From assembly GCA_043228905.1 (NCBI GenBank), contig JBHGNT010000009.1, forward strand, positions 992,001 to 1,056,000: 64,000 nt of DNA, in the 5' to 3' direction. Below, in pieces: positions 25,166-39,057 of this stretch. The translations under genes and the position numbers were made by a program. Source of the DNA: Azolla caroliniana. Taxonomy: Eukaryota > Plantae > Polypodiophyta. Position 1 is the stretch's first letter, and every line of letters begins with the position of its first letter. Below the pieces are notes generated by a model. The model did not search any database and was not told where the DNA came from. It saw only the letters and a program-made list of their open reading frames with translations.

Positions 25166-25805
25166 CTTTCGAGAGCAATGGTGGTGGGGTTGGATTGCCT
25201 TTTGGCAATGGCTTTGAAACACTTCACATTTAAGACTTGAAGCATCGCATTAAAAATGATTGTTACTTGTCACAACTCGAAGCATCACCGGGGAACTTTA
25301 TATCACCCTTTCGACGGGTTTCCGCTGCATAAGGAGCACTAGAGATTCATCCTGCCCCACCATATAAGGTAGTATCTGATGATCACATGCGTTAGGATCT
25401 ATAGTGCAGTCGGACAATGAGAAAACGCTCAAGGGTGGTCATCAGGATGGAGGAGCACGCAACAACTACTTGGGGAGTCCTGACGCAGGAGATGTATGTG
25501 ACATAGTTGTCTTACAACACGTTGCGGGGGGGTCTATACTGTACAATGTACACTCACATGGTCACGAACGTTCTTGACCAATGTGTCGAGACACCACCAA
25601 GGGCTTTCTAAGGGCTTTCCGGAGACACCACCAAGGCATTTCTCTATTATTTGTGTGTGTGTTTTTTTTTCTTACCCTAAGGTTTTTATATGTGCATATT
25701 TTGTTCATCCACATAATACTTGTGACAAAACAGAGCATACACACACACACACACAAAATGAGTGGATAGAGAGAGGCACAGAGTCATCGCCTCCCCTGCT
25801 CCCCC

Positions 25806-25841
<36 letters not shown>

Positions 25842-25897
25842 AAATTCGTCTCCTGCTTGTTTTGCTCAGAAGAAGGAAAGAAATATAGAGGAAGGCG

Positions 25898-27761
25898 ATG
25901 GTGAAGCTTGGGATGATGCATCCTCTCTGCACCCTGAAGCTTATCATCATCCTCACTGTCTGCGTGGTCTCTGTGATGGTGTCTCTCCTCTCTCTGTTTG
26001 CCTCCCCCCCCAATTCCCACCCTCTCTCCATCTCCCCCCTCTCATGGAGATTCTCCCACAGATTCAACAGAAAAGCCCAGTCTGACCTTCTCCCGCAGCA
26101 TTCTGGCCGGGTAAACAAGGAAAACTTTTTACCCCTTCACATTTCTTTTTTAAAAGAAGAGGAGAATGTTTTAATTCCAAGTGTTTTCTCATTTATTTGG
26201 TATCTTTTTCAAAAATATTCCAAAATTTCCAAATTAGATCTTAATCACACACAAATACATACATATACACACACATACATACATACATACTTGCATACAT
26301 ACATATTACATATGCATACATAAATACATAGACATAAAGATATACATATGTATGCATATTCATATCAATATCTATATACAATTTTATATGTACATGTGTA
26401 CATATATATATATATTTATGTATGTATCAGAGTTTGATTTTTGAGAAGTTCTCTGGTTTACTTCACAAGGTCCAAATTTCGTTACTAAAATGATAGAAAT
26501 AAATTGCTAGATATTGATGCTATCGTGTTTTTCCATTCCTAACTTTTGTTCCTAAGTAACATTCTCTCTTGTTTAGAATGCAGGAACAAGACAGTCTAAA
26601 TCTGGAACAGATTCTGAAACAAGCATCAATGCCAGATAAGACGGTGATAATAACGACATTAAATGAGGCTTGGGCCACTCAAAATACAATGATTGATCTA
26701 TTTTTGGAAAGTTTTCGTGCTGGGAATGACACGGCTAGGTTTCTTCACAATCTGATAATTGTCGCACTTGATCAGAAGGCCTATGACAGGTGTGTAACGG
26801 TCCACTTTCACTGCCTTCAACTAAGGACGGATGGTGTAGATTTCTCGGGTGAGAAGCTGTTCATGACCTCGGATTACTTGAGAATGATGTGGAGAAGAAT
26901 CGAATTTTTACGACAAGTCTTAGAAGAAGGGTATAGTTTCATTTTCTCGGTATGTTTTTCTTTCTTTTGGAAACAAAAGAACATTCAGTGCATGATTAGC
27001 ATCATATGATGATTGCATATCCATAGTAGAGTAGACATTATTGTTGCTGGGGGTTATCAATAAATTGAACAAGCATAATTAAAAGTAAATTAATAAACTT
27101 GAGTGATACAAGAACCAATATATTGAAAAATGTCATCCCTCCATGCCATCCGTTTGAAAAGAGTTTCAAAAGGAAAGAAAGGTGTAAAACTACAAACAAA
27201 GGCTTGTATATCATAGAAGCCAAACTAACAAGAATTTTGACTCATACAATGCAGGATGCCGATATAATGTGGTTTCGCGATCCGTTTCCATATTTAACTT
27301 CTGATGCAGACTTCCAGATAGCTTGCGATAATTATAATGGCTATTCGAAATCTCAAAGAAACAAAGCAAATGGAGGTTTTGTATTTGCACGTGCGAATAA
27401 GCGAACTATCAATCTTTACAAATACTGGTACATGGCGAGAGAGGTCTTCCAGGGGAAACATGACCAATACGTGTTCAACAAGATCAAACAAGACGAGGCC
27501 CTCATGAGATCTGGCTTAAGGATAGAGTTTTTCGATACAAAATATATATCGGGCTTTTGCGAACTTTCTCACAATATGGAAAAAGTTGTCACAGTTCATG
27601 CAAATTGTTGCTATGGGTTGAAGAGCAAGCTAGATGATTTGAGGCGTATACTCGCTGATTGGAAAAGGTTTAACGCGATGACGCCTTTAGAGAGAAGAGT
27701 GCAAACTTTGGGTTGGTCGGCTCCAAAAGCATGTGTTACAAGCAAAAGTTTGTTGCATTGA
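25898..27761 (+). CDS. Nucleotide-diphospho-sugar transferase family protein (PF03407 / GT77-like, type II membrane), 361 aa
   Basis: Exons 25898-26110, 26584-26949, 27255-27761 (phase-0 GT..AG introns). N-terminal TM (LIIILTVCVVSVMVSLLSL); family motifs ASMPDKTVIITTLNEAW, DLFLESF, YLRMMWRRI, DXD motif (FSDADIMWFRDP), NGGF, HDQ, HANCCYGL. Confidence 0.95.
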
Positions 27762-30172
27762 TTTGATTCTATTTGTCTCGCCTATGGGAATATACAATAT
27801 AATACAATATAATAGGTATACATACATTTTGACATGCAAGCTTGTACTAATTTTTTTTTTTCCAAAAAACAAGCTTGTACTATTGATTCAATAGAAGGAG
27901 AGAAAGCCTCTTTTAAGATTGATAGAAAAATGCTTAACATGGTTTGTGTAAAATTGCTAAGTCCACAATACTTCAGAAAGTAATAAGAAAAAGAAGGTTT
28001 TCTAAGTTTGTCCTAAATATTTGTCATTGGAGTTGGAGATTCAATGCCTTTTTTTGGCTTAGGTTTTTTGAGACCAATCCTAATGTTTTTGATATTTACA
28101 GATCTAACCCTCCACATATCCTCCCTTTATATAAGTATTCACTTATAAAAGGTATCCAAATCTTCAGAAATTGTAATTTAGCTGAACTCAAACAGTTATT
28201 GGTGCCTAAAACCTCCATTAAGAAAGGTTTGTTAAGGATTATTATAGACAAATCGCCTCTATAGCAATGTTACTTCAAAGTTGTCTATCACCAATTAGCT
28301 ACCAAATATGATCCTTAGGGTTTAGCTCTTAAGAATGATAAGAATCTCTCACTTGAGAGAGAGAATATATTACCTAACACCCACCCAATGTAAAGCATCA
28401 CAAATCTCCTATACATAGGAGATGAGTGAGATGAGTTTAGTGCTAATAATTCATGGTGCCATTCTTTTATGCCAGTGAGCATAGCTAGTATGTTTAGCTA
28501 AACCGAATACTAATAGTGAACACCTTATAACTAAAGCAAATTGTTGTGAAACAAAAGGAGGTTAGTTTTTGGCATGATGTTCAATGATCGAGACAAACTC
28601 CTCAACTAATTTTGATTCATCTTGGATAAATGAATATTGATGAAAATGAATGTTCCTTGTTTCATGAAGAAATATGATTGCTAGTAGAGTATTGGCTCTA
28701 GAGCTCACATCGCTAGGGAACCACTTGTATAAGAATCGTTGATAACATGTTTCTTGTGTTATGGCTATAATTAGAAGTGATTAATTTCATCATATGTTTG
28801 GCCATTCTCCCTTCTCAAGATGTGCCATCTCCTCAAACATCAAGAACCTTGTGTTATACAAAGCACAAGGCAATAAATCCCACAAGAATATAAACTCTTC
28901 CACCTACGGTGGACATAACAAAGAAAGAAAAGAAATATATGGTGAATGTATGCTTTTAAAGTGGTACATGATATACCACCTCCAGAATAATCTGAATCCC
29001 TATAAAGTTTTGGATTGGGCTTGGTTCTCAAGGGCACCCACACCCTATCATAATCAACCACTAGGGATTATTTCACAACACTTTTCCATGAAGAATGTTA
29101 TCTTTAGATGAAAAGCATTGATTTGGGGGAGATTACTTAAATACCAAACGACAATATTAAGCAATAAACATAAATAATCTTCTAGCTTTAAATTTGGGAT
29201 GTAGTTCGGATTGTCACAATCAATTCCTCTTAGGAACTAAGTTGAAGGAGGTTGCAAGTACAAGTCATGGAGTAACTTTGAAGTTTCCTAAAAGGAAGTG
29301 CCATAAAAATGTTGTCAAAGACTCACAAGTAACCAACCTAGAGGAAAGGGAAAAGTTCAAGGCAAAATGTTTCACCCGAATAAGGTCACATAATTCTAGA
29401 ATAAGAGAAACACATACCAAAGATTGTTAAGAGAGTTGAAAACACAACGAGCTATTTTATACACTTGGTTTTAACCAATTCATCATCCCACAACTATCAT
29501 ATTACAAAACATTTCATCACAAAAACACAACCTTTTGCCAATCCTTCACTACCAATGTATCTAATGTCATGTCATGCACAATTTTTGCTATGTTGGAAGA
29601 ACTACTCCAAAGTACAACCATTCATAGTAAGCTCCACATTTCCTTCTTGTCTCACTTTTAAAATCTTACGTACACAAATTCTATTGAACAAAGAGAGAAA
29701 TCCACCTCAAGTTTTCATGCTCTTCATGTGTAAAATATTTGCATTTTGTAAAAATGGAAATTGTAAAGAACTAGAGTATGTGTACACTATAGTCATATGT
29801 TTGTGCAATTCTGTTCCAAATTGATGGTTTTGTAAAGGTAAAATTGAGTGATTTGTCTCACCCCATGTTTATGTATGAAATAATACAAAATTATAAGAAT
29901 TTGCCACAAATATATAGTAGATTTAGCGGAACCCAAAATTGCTTAATTTCAATTATCATACATCAAAATATGTGGATTATTTCTCCCCTACAATCTCAAG
30001 ATTCAAGCATCTTCTAAGTCAAACTCACTCACAACCCCAAATAAGTGAGCTAACTAAATTTCATACTTCTTGCCAGTAATAATGGTTAGAAAACAAGCTT
30101 GTTAAAATTACAAAACATGCTCTTTCTCTATACATTCATGATGGTGAGCCAAAGAAAAATGTTGCTTCTTCT

Positions 30173-31562
30173 CTAGAGCATTTCGTCTCCTTGTAGATTG
30201 TGCTTGAATTCATTGGAAGTGTCGACGAAACGGAGCAAAATTGTGAGGACAACGGAGCAAATGAACATGGGAATGGGTCCAAAGAGCCAAAAAAAGAAAG
30301 GAAATGAGAAGTAAAAAGTTCTCAACCCCATTGACCAAAATAATCCACCTTTCAATATAGCCTTATTCACATAGTCTTGGCTCAAGCAAGGTCCAATCGG
30401 CATACTCACAAGGAAACAAACAATATTGTAATATCTCACAGATTGGATGTTGAAGAGACATGTAGAAAAGAAACATACAAAGACACACAAGAGCTTCACT
30501 GTTGGTGGGATTGTTGCTCCTTTGTCCCCTAATACCAAACTTGTTTGTGGAAGTTTCCCACCATCTTTACCATTGCTAAGCAAGAGTGCAATGACAGAGC
30601 ATAGTGTGATAGCCACGGTGGCAAGAAGGGTCGATGCCATGATGTTGTTTCTCAGTGTTTGGACAGCTAGGATTCCATTCTTCAATCCATCCTGATTGTC
30701 ATAATCATTACCATGGTTATGATGAGAAATTCAAGGAGAAAACAATCGGGAAAAACAAATTTGAACACAGATTAGAAAATGTCCTAAATGAAACAAAATT
30801 GGACAAAAATGGGGAATTCCAATAGGAAGGAAAAACATGGGAAATTTTGAGGAATATGAGAACCACGATGGAAACAAAAACAAGGGATGTGAGGGAAAAA
30901 CAAATTGGAAGAAAGGAATCGACAAATTCAATAGGAAATGCATGAGAAACAATTCAAAAAAACATGGGAGAATTAGAAAAGCATAGGAAACTAATGGGAA
31001 AAGAACATGGGAAGGTATGGAAGCAAATTAAATTTGAACAAAAATTAGAAAATGGGCTAAATGAAACAAATTTGGACCAAAATGGGGAAATCCAATTGGA
31101 AGAAAAAACATGGGAAAAGTTGGGGAATATGAGGAACATGATGGGAAAGAAAACAAGGGATGCGAAGGAAAACAAATTAGGAGAAAGGAATCGACAAATT
31201 CAATAGGAAATGCATGGGAAAGCAAATGAAACAATTCGAAAAGACATGGGAGAATAAGAAAAACATAGGAAACAAATGGGAAAAGAACATGGGAAGGTAT
31301 GGAAGCAAATTAGAAAAACATGGGAAACAATAGGGAATCAGAATGGTAGAACTAGGGGTAGTTAAGAAATGGGAAGTGAATGACCTACTTGCATCATGGT
31401 TTGAAGCCACAATTGGCGATTGATTTGGTTAATGCCAATGACTGTGGATTTCGGGGAGGTGTGAACACGATATGCGAGCTGACAATGGTACAAAATAAGG
31501 AGGAGGAGGCCAGAAGGCACAAGAAGAACATCCAAGTACTCTAACCCTTGCACAATCCTCAT
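30173..31562 (-). CDS. DUF599 family membrane protein, paralogue 1 (230 aa)
   Basis: Exons 31562-31389 and 30691-30173; motifs YLDVLLVP, STVIGIN, LAVQTLRNNIMASTLLA, FWSMGLRTFYFSFPFFFWLFGP. Confidence 0.93.
30757..31311. repeat. Purine-rich tandem duplication (2 x about 275 bp) forming most of the DUF599-1 intron
   Basis: AATTTGAACA...GAAAGGAATCGACAAATTCAATAGGAAATGCATG...GGGAAAAGAACATGGGAAGGTATGGAAGCAAATTA occurs twice. Confidence 0.9.
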
Positions 31563-32399
31563 GATTATATTCTAACCCTTCCTTTTGCACCTTAACACTA
31601 TATATGTGTGTATCGTGCTTGTTATTCTTCCCCTTCGGTTGTTTTTCTCTACTACTTCCTCTCGATCCATGGTCTTATATAGAATCTACAAGAATATATT
31701 TGTATGTATATGTGTGTTCCAACATTTTAACAAATTCTTTAATTGCATACGAGGACTAAACCTTACTTTATGGCAAAGCTTTATGCTTGTAAAATAAAGG
31801 AGAGAAGAACATGATACCCCTTGATGTTTGTTGGCTATTGAAAACTTGTGGCTATTCTAATTGAACTCCAAAAGTTAGTGTGTTTCCCTAAAAAACAATA
31901 GTTTATTGATTGGTAAGCCCCTTGATGATGCCCAATGCGCAATACACAAGCAATTTCATGATTATATTTGTCAAATCTAATGCAACTACAAAGACATGTT
32001 ATCCAATCACTTAAGAAGTTGTGGGCCAACAATGCGTAAACAAGTCACATTACGAATATACTCATGAGAACTTGAAGATATACACCGATGTCGATAGGCT
32101 ATCCAATGGGTATAACAAGGCGGAATTTCCGGAGGGTTTAGCTAGCATTTGAAATGCTTTCAAAGGGCGGAAGACAACATATAACCGATACCATCAATTA
32201 GTGGATTCAACAAGATTCAATAGTCCACGTACATATTTCTTGTCTTCTAGTTTCCTATATTCTAGGAGGCAAGATTAATATATTATATATATGAACTTAA
32301 TTATAATCACTAAGGCAAAAAAGGGAATACATAGTTTTGCACAAGAGATGGGAGTGAGCAAGCCAGTAAGCTAAATGCCATAATTAATGCAACTTTCCG

Positions 32400-33500
32400 A
32401 CCTTTTTTCCGTAAACTAATGAGCCATTCAATGGAGCATGTCGAAGATGAACATGTTTTTTTGTAAGCTCAAACTAGAACTTATGATTTGTCCATCCAAT
32501 GTTTGAGCCAAAGGGCATTAATTCGACATGTTTCTCATTGAGTTAAGTTATGACTAAAAGACCAACCTCCAAAATTCCACACATCATTGAAACTATATGA
32601 AAAACTTTGAGCTAATTCATGGTATGTGGTCACAAACATGGAGGGTTTTTACATAGAGGAAACTTTTAAACATTCAACTCCCGAAATGTTTTGAATAAAG
32701 TTTTTGTTATTTCTTTTAATGCCATCAATCAACTACTGAAAGCATATTTATATGTGCTACCTGAGAAATCATCTATATAGTCAATTTGTCCTATTTTTCT
32801 CAACTATATGAGAAATAATCAGGAAACAACAAATCAAAGAAGAACTTCAATAGTACACTCTCTAATTGTACAGTTTGTAGCCTTACGACGTTTTTTCTTA
32901 ATCTAATGAAGGAAATCTTTTTGGAAAAAAAGAAGAAGACCTTCAATAGTGGAGATATGCTCCACCAAGATGCCTTTTTCCACCCCCCATCTTGGAACAA
33001 CCTTCATGAGGGCTTTTGATACTTGACATGCTGGTTGATGTGGATATGAGGGTTGTAACATATTGTATGAACTCGTTGTAGCCTTTCGGCATCTTTCCAT
33101 TAATACCAAGGTGAACCTTCTTTTAAAAAGAAAAAGAGAAAAAAGAAGACCTTCAATACAAAAATTAATGAGCTTCATTACTTACCAACAAGGTTTAGGG
33201 GGTGTAGGGTCAAAATATCAATTGCAAATGCTTATGAAATTTTGGATAGATATATGAAACATAAATACAAGCATTCTAATAGCGCAAATAGTTCATTGCC
33301 TAGAGTTTCCTTTCTTGGTTCCTTTTCTCAGACAGGAAGGCTTCCCCTAGCCTTTGTAATGTATGTTGAGTGGTGCAATCAACTAGTCATGCAACCAAAC
33401 CTTTTGCTGCAATTTAAAATTCTTCACATGAATTGCCTTTAGGTAAATTTGACCCCCAATTTAGTTTTCTAGGTATTGAAACTATATACACAATGTCTTC
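32400..33500 (+). mobile_element. Highly degenerate L1-type LINE ORF2 fragment
   Basis: QQGLGGVGSKYQLQMLMKFWI resembles the post-RT GGLG...N.ALL.KW motif; many stops; boundaries approximate. Confidence 0.4.
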
Positions 33501-36084
33501 CATATGCCAAATCAAGCCACCATCAAGTTTTTATTTGAATGTTCAACTCCAAACTAGAGTACACTATGCTTGCTTACATTTATCTTGAGGTTAAGATAAA
33601 GTACAAATTCTAGAACCACATTACTTTTGAGTGTTTGAAACCTAGATATTTTGTAAGCCCAAAGTGCATAGAGTGTGAAGCAAGTTCGAAACAAGAAACA
33701 AGTTTTAACTCTGAAAACCTATTCGGAATCATAATTGAGATTCTAAATACAATAATATTGTAAAAGAAAAATAAAGGGTAGGAGAAAATTAGCAAGACAA
33801 GAAAGATCATCCAACGAATATCACTAAATTGACTACCACAAAATTAATATGATATAATGTAGTGCCTTTTTACATTGCCAACAAGCATAAAGAAAGAAAC
33901 TCATGCACCAAACATAATCTCCACGTTTGGTTTGCATTTTTTACACAAAATCAAAGTCCTTGACTTTTTATATATATTGATATTTAATGCCAAAATGCAT
34001 TGTATCGCAACAAGATATACTTGGTATTGGGAAGTGGAAGAATCTTTGGTAGCAATTGTAATGAGAATTAGGAACTCGGAAATGCTTGCTTTGCCCATCT
34101 CAATTCTCTATATAGTAGGATTGTGTAGAATAGGGTGGACATCTTCTAATACGAATTAAGGATTTGAGAAGAATGATGGTTAATAGTATGTATGGGCATT
34201 AAGGTGTGGGACCTGGGTAATTTCATTTGTAGGTTTTAAATTTTGAAATATTCTTAAATTCTACTATTTTATAAGCTCTAATATACATGTACACATTCCT
34301 AAAAATGTGAGGTAACTCTCTACTATGTGTATATTGGTGTCAAGTCCTTACTGGTTTCCATGTACTTGATCTTGACCACTTTTGCATACCACATCGAGCT
34401 CAAGGTGTTGATGAACCTTTCAAATAGATGTTGTAACATTCTATATGCATACGCTAGACAACCACATGCCTCCAACCTAACTAAGCTCACACATCTTATG
34501 GCATAGGTGCAACCAACCTTTTTCATCATGAACTTGTAAAGGAATTCTCTTCTAGGTCAACAAAGGCATTGAACTTATTGAGCAAATATTGAATTGGACT
34601 ACGCTATTAGCTTGCTTTCTTCACAAATTTTATAACAAATAAGTCTTGTTTCATTGCATACAAGTAATTGCAATTGTCATGAGTCATTTTGGCCTTGGTG
34701 CAAACACCTTCCAATAATGGGAAAATCCCCACACATATAGATTAGGGGCTTTTGCTCCTTTGCTAGAAGCTTGACTTGCGATTCATGGCATACGTTTCTT
34801 CTTTGGCTAGAGTCTAGCCTTGTGCTCTAAGACTTACGCTAATCAATTGTATTTAAGTGTGGGTAACCTAATTACGAGAAGTATGACTATCCTCTTCACA
34901 TTCTTCTTGCCATTTAAGCACTTTTAAGTTTTTAGATTAAATCTATTGATAAAGAAGTAGCCCCTTAGTTAAATAATCATCACGAGAGATTAGTTAGAAT
35001 CAAGTGACTATAGGGTTGATGATAACTTGCCTTGTACACGACATCAATGAGGATGCCTGAGATATTGCTACATTTTAAGCTTGGGAATTAGAAGAAATGA
35101 TATGGTAACATTTAGTGCTTAGTGCTAATACTATTTTAATATGTGTGCTATATAAAGGATTGTACATAAGAAGGATTGCATGTAGGATTCCATAAATGAA
35201 TGTAAGGAAGCTAGAGATCAGAACTCATGCAACTAAGTAGTGTTATGCCATTGAAATTTCGTTTGTAAAAACCCATGCAAACATGTGAAGGAAATGGTAT
35301 ACTAACCTAAAGTGGATAATATAATAATGTAGACTTCCTAATCTATGTGGTTAGTGTCTTGTGATAATTATTTATTGAGTTTGTTAATTTAATAAGCAAC
35401 TTTGTAATGAAGTTTTTGACAACAATGCACACTTGCTAACTCACACATAAAGAATCTTTAAATTGTTCCCAACCAAGAGACAACATCTCTATCCATGTTA
35501 AACACGAAAAATTGATGTTTTCAGTTGGTGTTGATGGGACTACATTGAACAACCTTGTCAAGTTTAACACGTTTGTTCCCTACCTATATAGTTTAGAGTT
35601 TAGATCTTGCCTACATGAAAATGTAAGTGGTTTGGAAGAAAGAAAAAATACATCGTACTCAAAATGAAATTCATGGGAATATATTGCATGTCCAAGTGCA
35701 CACTATGATTGTAAGGATTGGGTTTGGTCGAAGATGTGTGGAAAGCATAGTTAAATACGATGAAAGGCAAGGAGTGTTGTATCAAAGTGTGATACTTATG
35801 CTCCCGAACTTGTTTAGGGGAAAATGGACATAGATTACTCTCATCACTTGCTTCAATGTCTTGTCTTCATATTATAGTGAGTCTGAGCTACGTTGTATGG
35901 AGTAATGGTTTTGATGACAAAACAACAAGATGACATCTAACATGGATTGATGTGTGTAGTTTCCCCATTTGACAAAGAATATGGCTTTGTAGTTAGAAGC
36001 AATATATGTAATACAATGTCTGAAGCATGAGCTTCCACATTTTCCCCATGTCATGATACATTGGCATTGCTAAAAGGCCTCATT

Positions 36085-36122
36085 GATACATAGATACATA
36101 GATACATACATACATACATAGA

Positions 36123-36155
<33 letters not shown>

Positions 36156-36200
36156 GTGTATGTATGTATACATGTATGTACGTATGCATGTATGAAATGT
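36085..36200. repeat. (ATAC/ATAG)n and (ATGT)n microsatellite
   Basis: Seen directly. Confidence 0.9.
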
Positions 36201-36489
36201 GTGTATAGAGCTCGAGAGAGAGATTAATGTCTTCAAAGATGAAATTTGGCCCATGAGACAGTTGATTAAAAAATGGGATTTATACCCAATCATTGAAAAA
36301 GAAAACATAAATAAAAGAGCTTTAGCATGGTGCAAAAATGTTGTGGGATGCCTCCCTCATCTTCTTAAATGCTTCTTGAATGACGAGTGACTTTGAAGCC
36401 CGACATGCGAAGGTGTTTGGTTGCTCTTTGATGGCCAATATATTACATAAGGTCTTTCATTCTATTATTATTATTATTATTCATAAAGC

Positions 36490-38300
36490 TCAATATGGTT
36501 CTTAGCAAAAAGAGATATTTTACTTGACATTTTAATACTCAAATGACAATTGACTATGCAAAGAAGTCTAAAAAAGAATTAGTGTTGTTACAATTGGAGC
36601 TCGAGAAGGCATATGATAATGTGGATTGATCATTAATATATCAGTTGATGTCTCATATGGGTTTTGGTGATTGTATGTCTAAGTTGATGTCTCACATCTA
36701 ATGTTTAATAAAGGAGTAATACAACCTTTTCTTATTCGAAGATTAATTAGACATGGATGCCAAGTTAGTCCTTTCCTATTCACTATTGTGACACATCCTT
36801 TACTTGTTAAATTACACAATATGACAATGGAGGAAGAATAGTTTGGATTGAGGCTGCCATCAAGGACATCATGTATTGTTGAAGCTCTCACAGATGACCA
36901 TATGATGTTTTTGGCACCTAATCAAGAAAATATTATTAAGGCAAGAGATATGTGGGAAATGTTTTCGAATGCTTTTGGGTTGAGAATTAATATATATACA
37001 TTTGTCCTCATTTCATATATAGGACAAGATGTGTTAGGGTTGGCGTAGCTAGGAAGGATAACACATCGTGATATGATTTGTTCATCTTGGATATCCGATT
37101 AGGGTGAAGTTTCTCACTTGAAACTTATTGAGTATGTATCTAAAAAAAATAGTAGGATAAGTTTATGTACTGGAGGTCTCAAATATGGCATTTTCATGTA
37201 AGGGTTAAGGTGGTCCAATCGATTATGATCTCTATGGTGTCATATTAGCTTCCTTTGCAACCCTGGTTGAAGAAAGCTCTTGAAATGGTGTCACCCTCAA
37301 TGTATTACTATGAAAAAGAAAAGGGAAAAGTGTCATGTCATTATTGGCATAAGGTTGTGTTAATATTGTGATGTGTATTGGTGGGGGCATCACTATTGAA
37401 TTTATATGAGCATATGGTGGCTCTTAGATTTACCTTCATTTGATTTATGTTTGAAGGTGTACAACTTTGAACGGAAATGGTGGCATACTTTATAGAGAAG
37501 ATAGGAACTCTGCTTGGAAAAATCATGGTTGAATCTAATTGGTGGAAATTATGTCATTAAATCTAAAAGGCATGTCAAATGTACAACATTAGTGACAGTT
37601 AATCACATCTTGCCAAAGTATGTTGGATTTTATACAATGGCATCCGCCAAAAGAGAAGGGTGTGCTAATTCATTACAAATGGAGATTTTAAAGACATCAA
37701 AGTTGTTGAAGTGGGACAGTAAACGACTTAACCTTCAATTTAATCGGATGACTAGATTGGGTTTGTTAACAATCAAGGATGCTATGTTGGTGTTATATTG
37801 CCCCTTTTGAATAGCAAGATCCACATTTCATATTCCTAGAAGTTATACCTCTATTTGGGGTAAGTTACAAAAATTATGATCATCATGAGCCAATTCCTGA
37901 TTTAGATGGTGGAGCTCAAGAGCTTGATTGGATATTTGTGGAAAATAAGGATTTGACTATGATATTAACAAATGATGCTTACTACATGGTGATTGATAAA
38001 CTCAAGTTGATGGAAGAAATGGTTATAATGGTAATGTGGTTTTTGTAATAGCTTTACTTGGTGATTTCATTATGTTATATAATCAAGGCAGGTTGGTGTT
38101 TTCGATTGATGCTACGAACGAAGATATTCATTTGGAGAGTTATGGTTGGAGCTTTACCATTGGGGGATGTATTAAACTAGAAACACATTCCTCTAGCAAT
38201 GTTTCTTTTGTTTAGAGGAATTGAAACATATTAGCATCAATTTCTTTCATGCTTGATGGTTAGAATGGTTTGAGGGTATATCAAATCATTGTGAATGTCT
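36490..38300 (+). mobile_element. Degenerate L1-type LINE ORF2 (RT to zf-RVT)
   Basis: LQLELEKAYDNVD* (LD.EKAYD..W), IRHGCQVSPFLF (RQG.PLSP.LF), EALTDD (FADD-like) and terminal IFIWRVMVGALPLGDVL (zf-RVT-like); many stops and frameshifts. Confidence 0.85.
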
Positions 38301-39057
38301 TTGACTAGAGTAAAACTATCCTTTCTTTTTCTTTTTCTTTTTTTCCTAAAAAGATACGCCTTGGTATTATTAAATCCTAAGAAATACAAAAGTTGTGTTG
38401 GATAAACAAATATATATACCAACCGATTCCCTTCTACCCTCATCATAGCCGATTTGTTGAGCATAGCCAACAATAAGGGGTGATCAAGCAATAAGGAGAG
38501 ATGCCCTTGTTTTGCATCTTTTTGAAGCTTTTAAAGCTTCATAAACTCGGCCTTCTTGTGCATAACCTGAAATTGACGCATTTATAGTTGCTAGATATGA
38601 GCTTTTTTCAAGCAACCCTTTTCTCACAATATATGCATGTATTCTATAATGTTCACAAAGATCCTTCCTCTGAGCACAAACTTTGAGAAATGCTACAACA
38701 TTGACGATACCTTATCAATGGTTGTTTTTTCCGAATTACTGCTTGATAAAATTGAAATAGAAACATTATCATTGTAACAACATCTGTAAGAAGTGCTTCA
38801 TTTGAATGCCAGAAAGTAGAAATGTTTTTAGTTAAACTTCAAGCAATTTGTTGTTTTTGTTTCTGGATTTCAAACTCTGACGGATGCCTCTCTTTCATAA
38901 TCCATCTTGCAACTTGTGCAACAACAACAACTTTCCAACGCCATTCCTCATAGTCAATTTGATGTGTATATGCAAGAACTACACATATTTGTACACCATA
39001 TCTCCAAGATTTTTATCATCTACTCCTCCCAAACTACAATTGAGAATTCAATGTAAC

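Noticed and set aside
25345-25490. Possible C/D snoRNA (TGATGA ... CTGA about 100 nt apart)
   Set aside because: No terminal stem and no recognisable rRNA antisense element.
27099-27254. Long N-terminal extension of ORF 27099..27761
   Set aside because: It is intron read-through; family similarity begins at the CAG|GATGCCGAT acceptor (27255).
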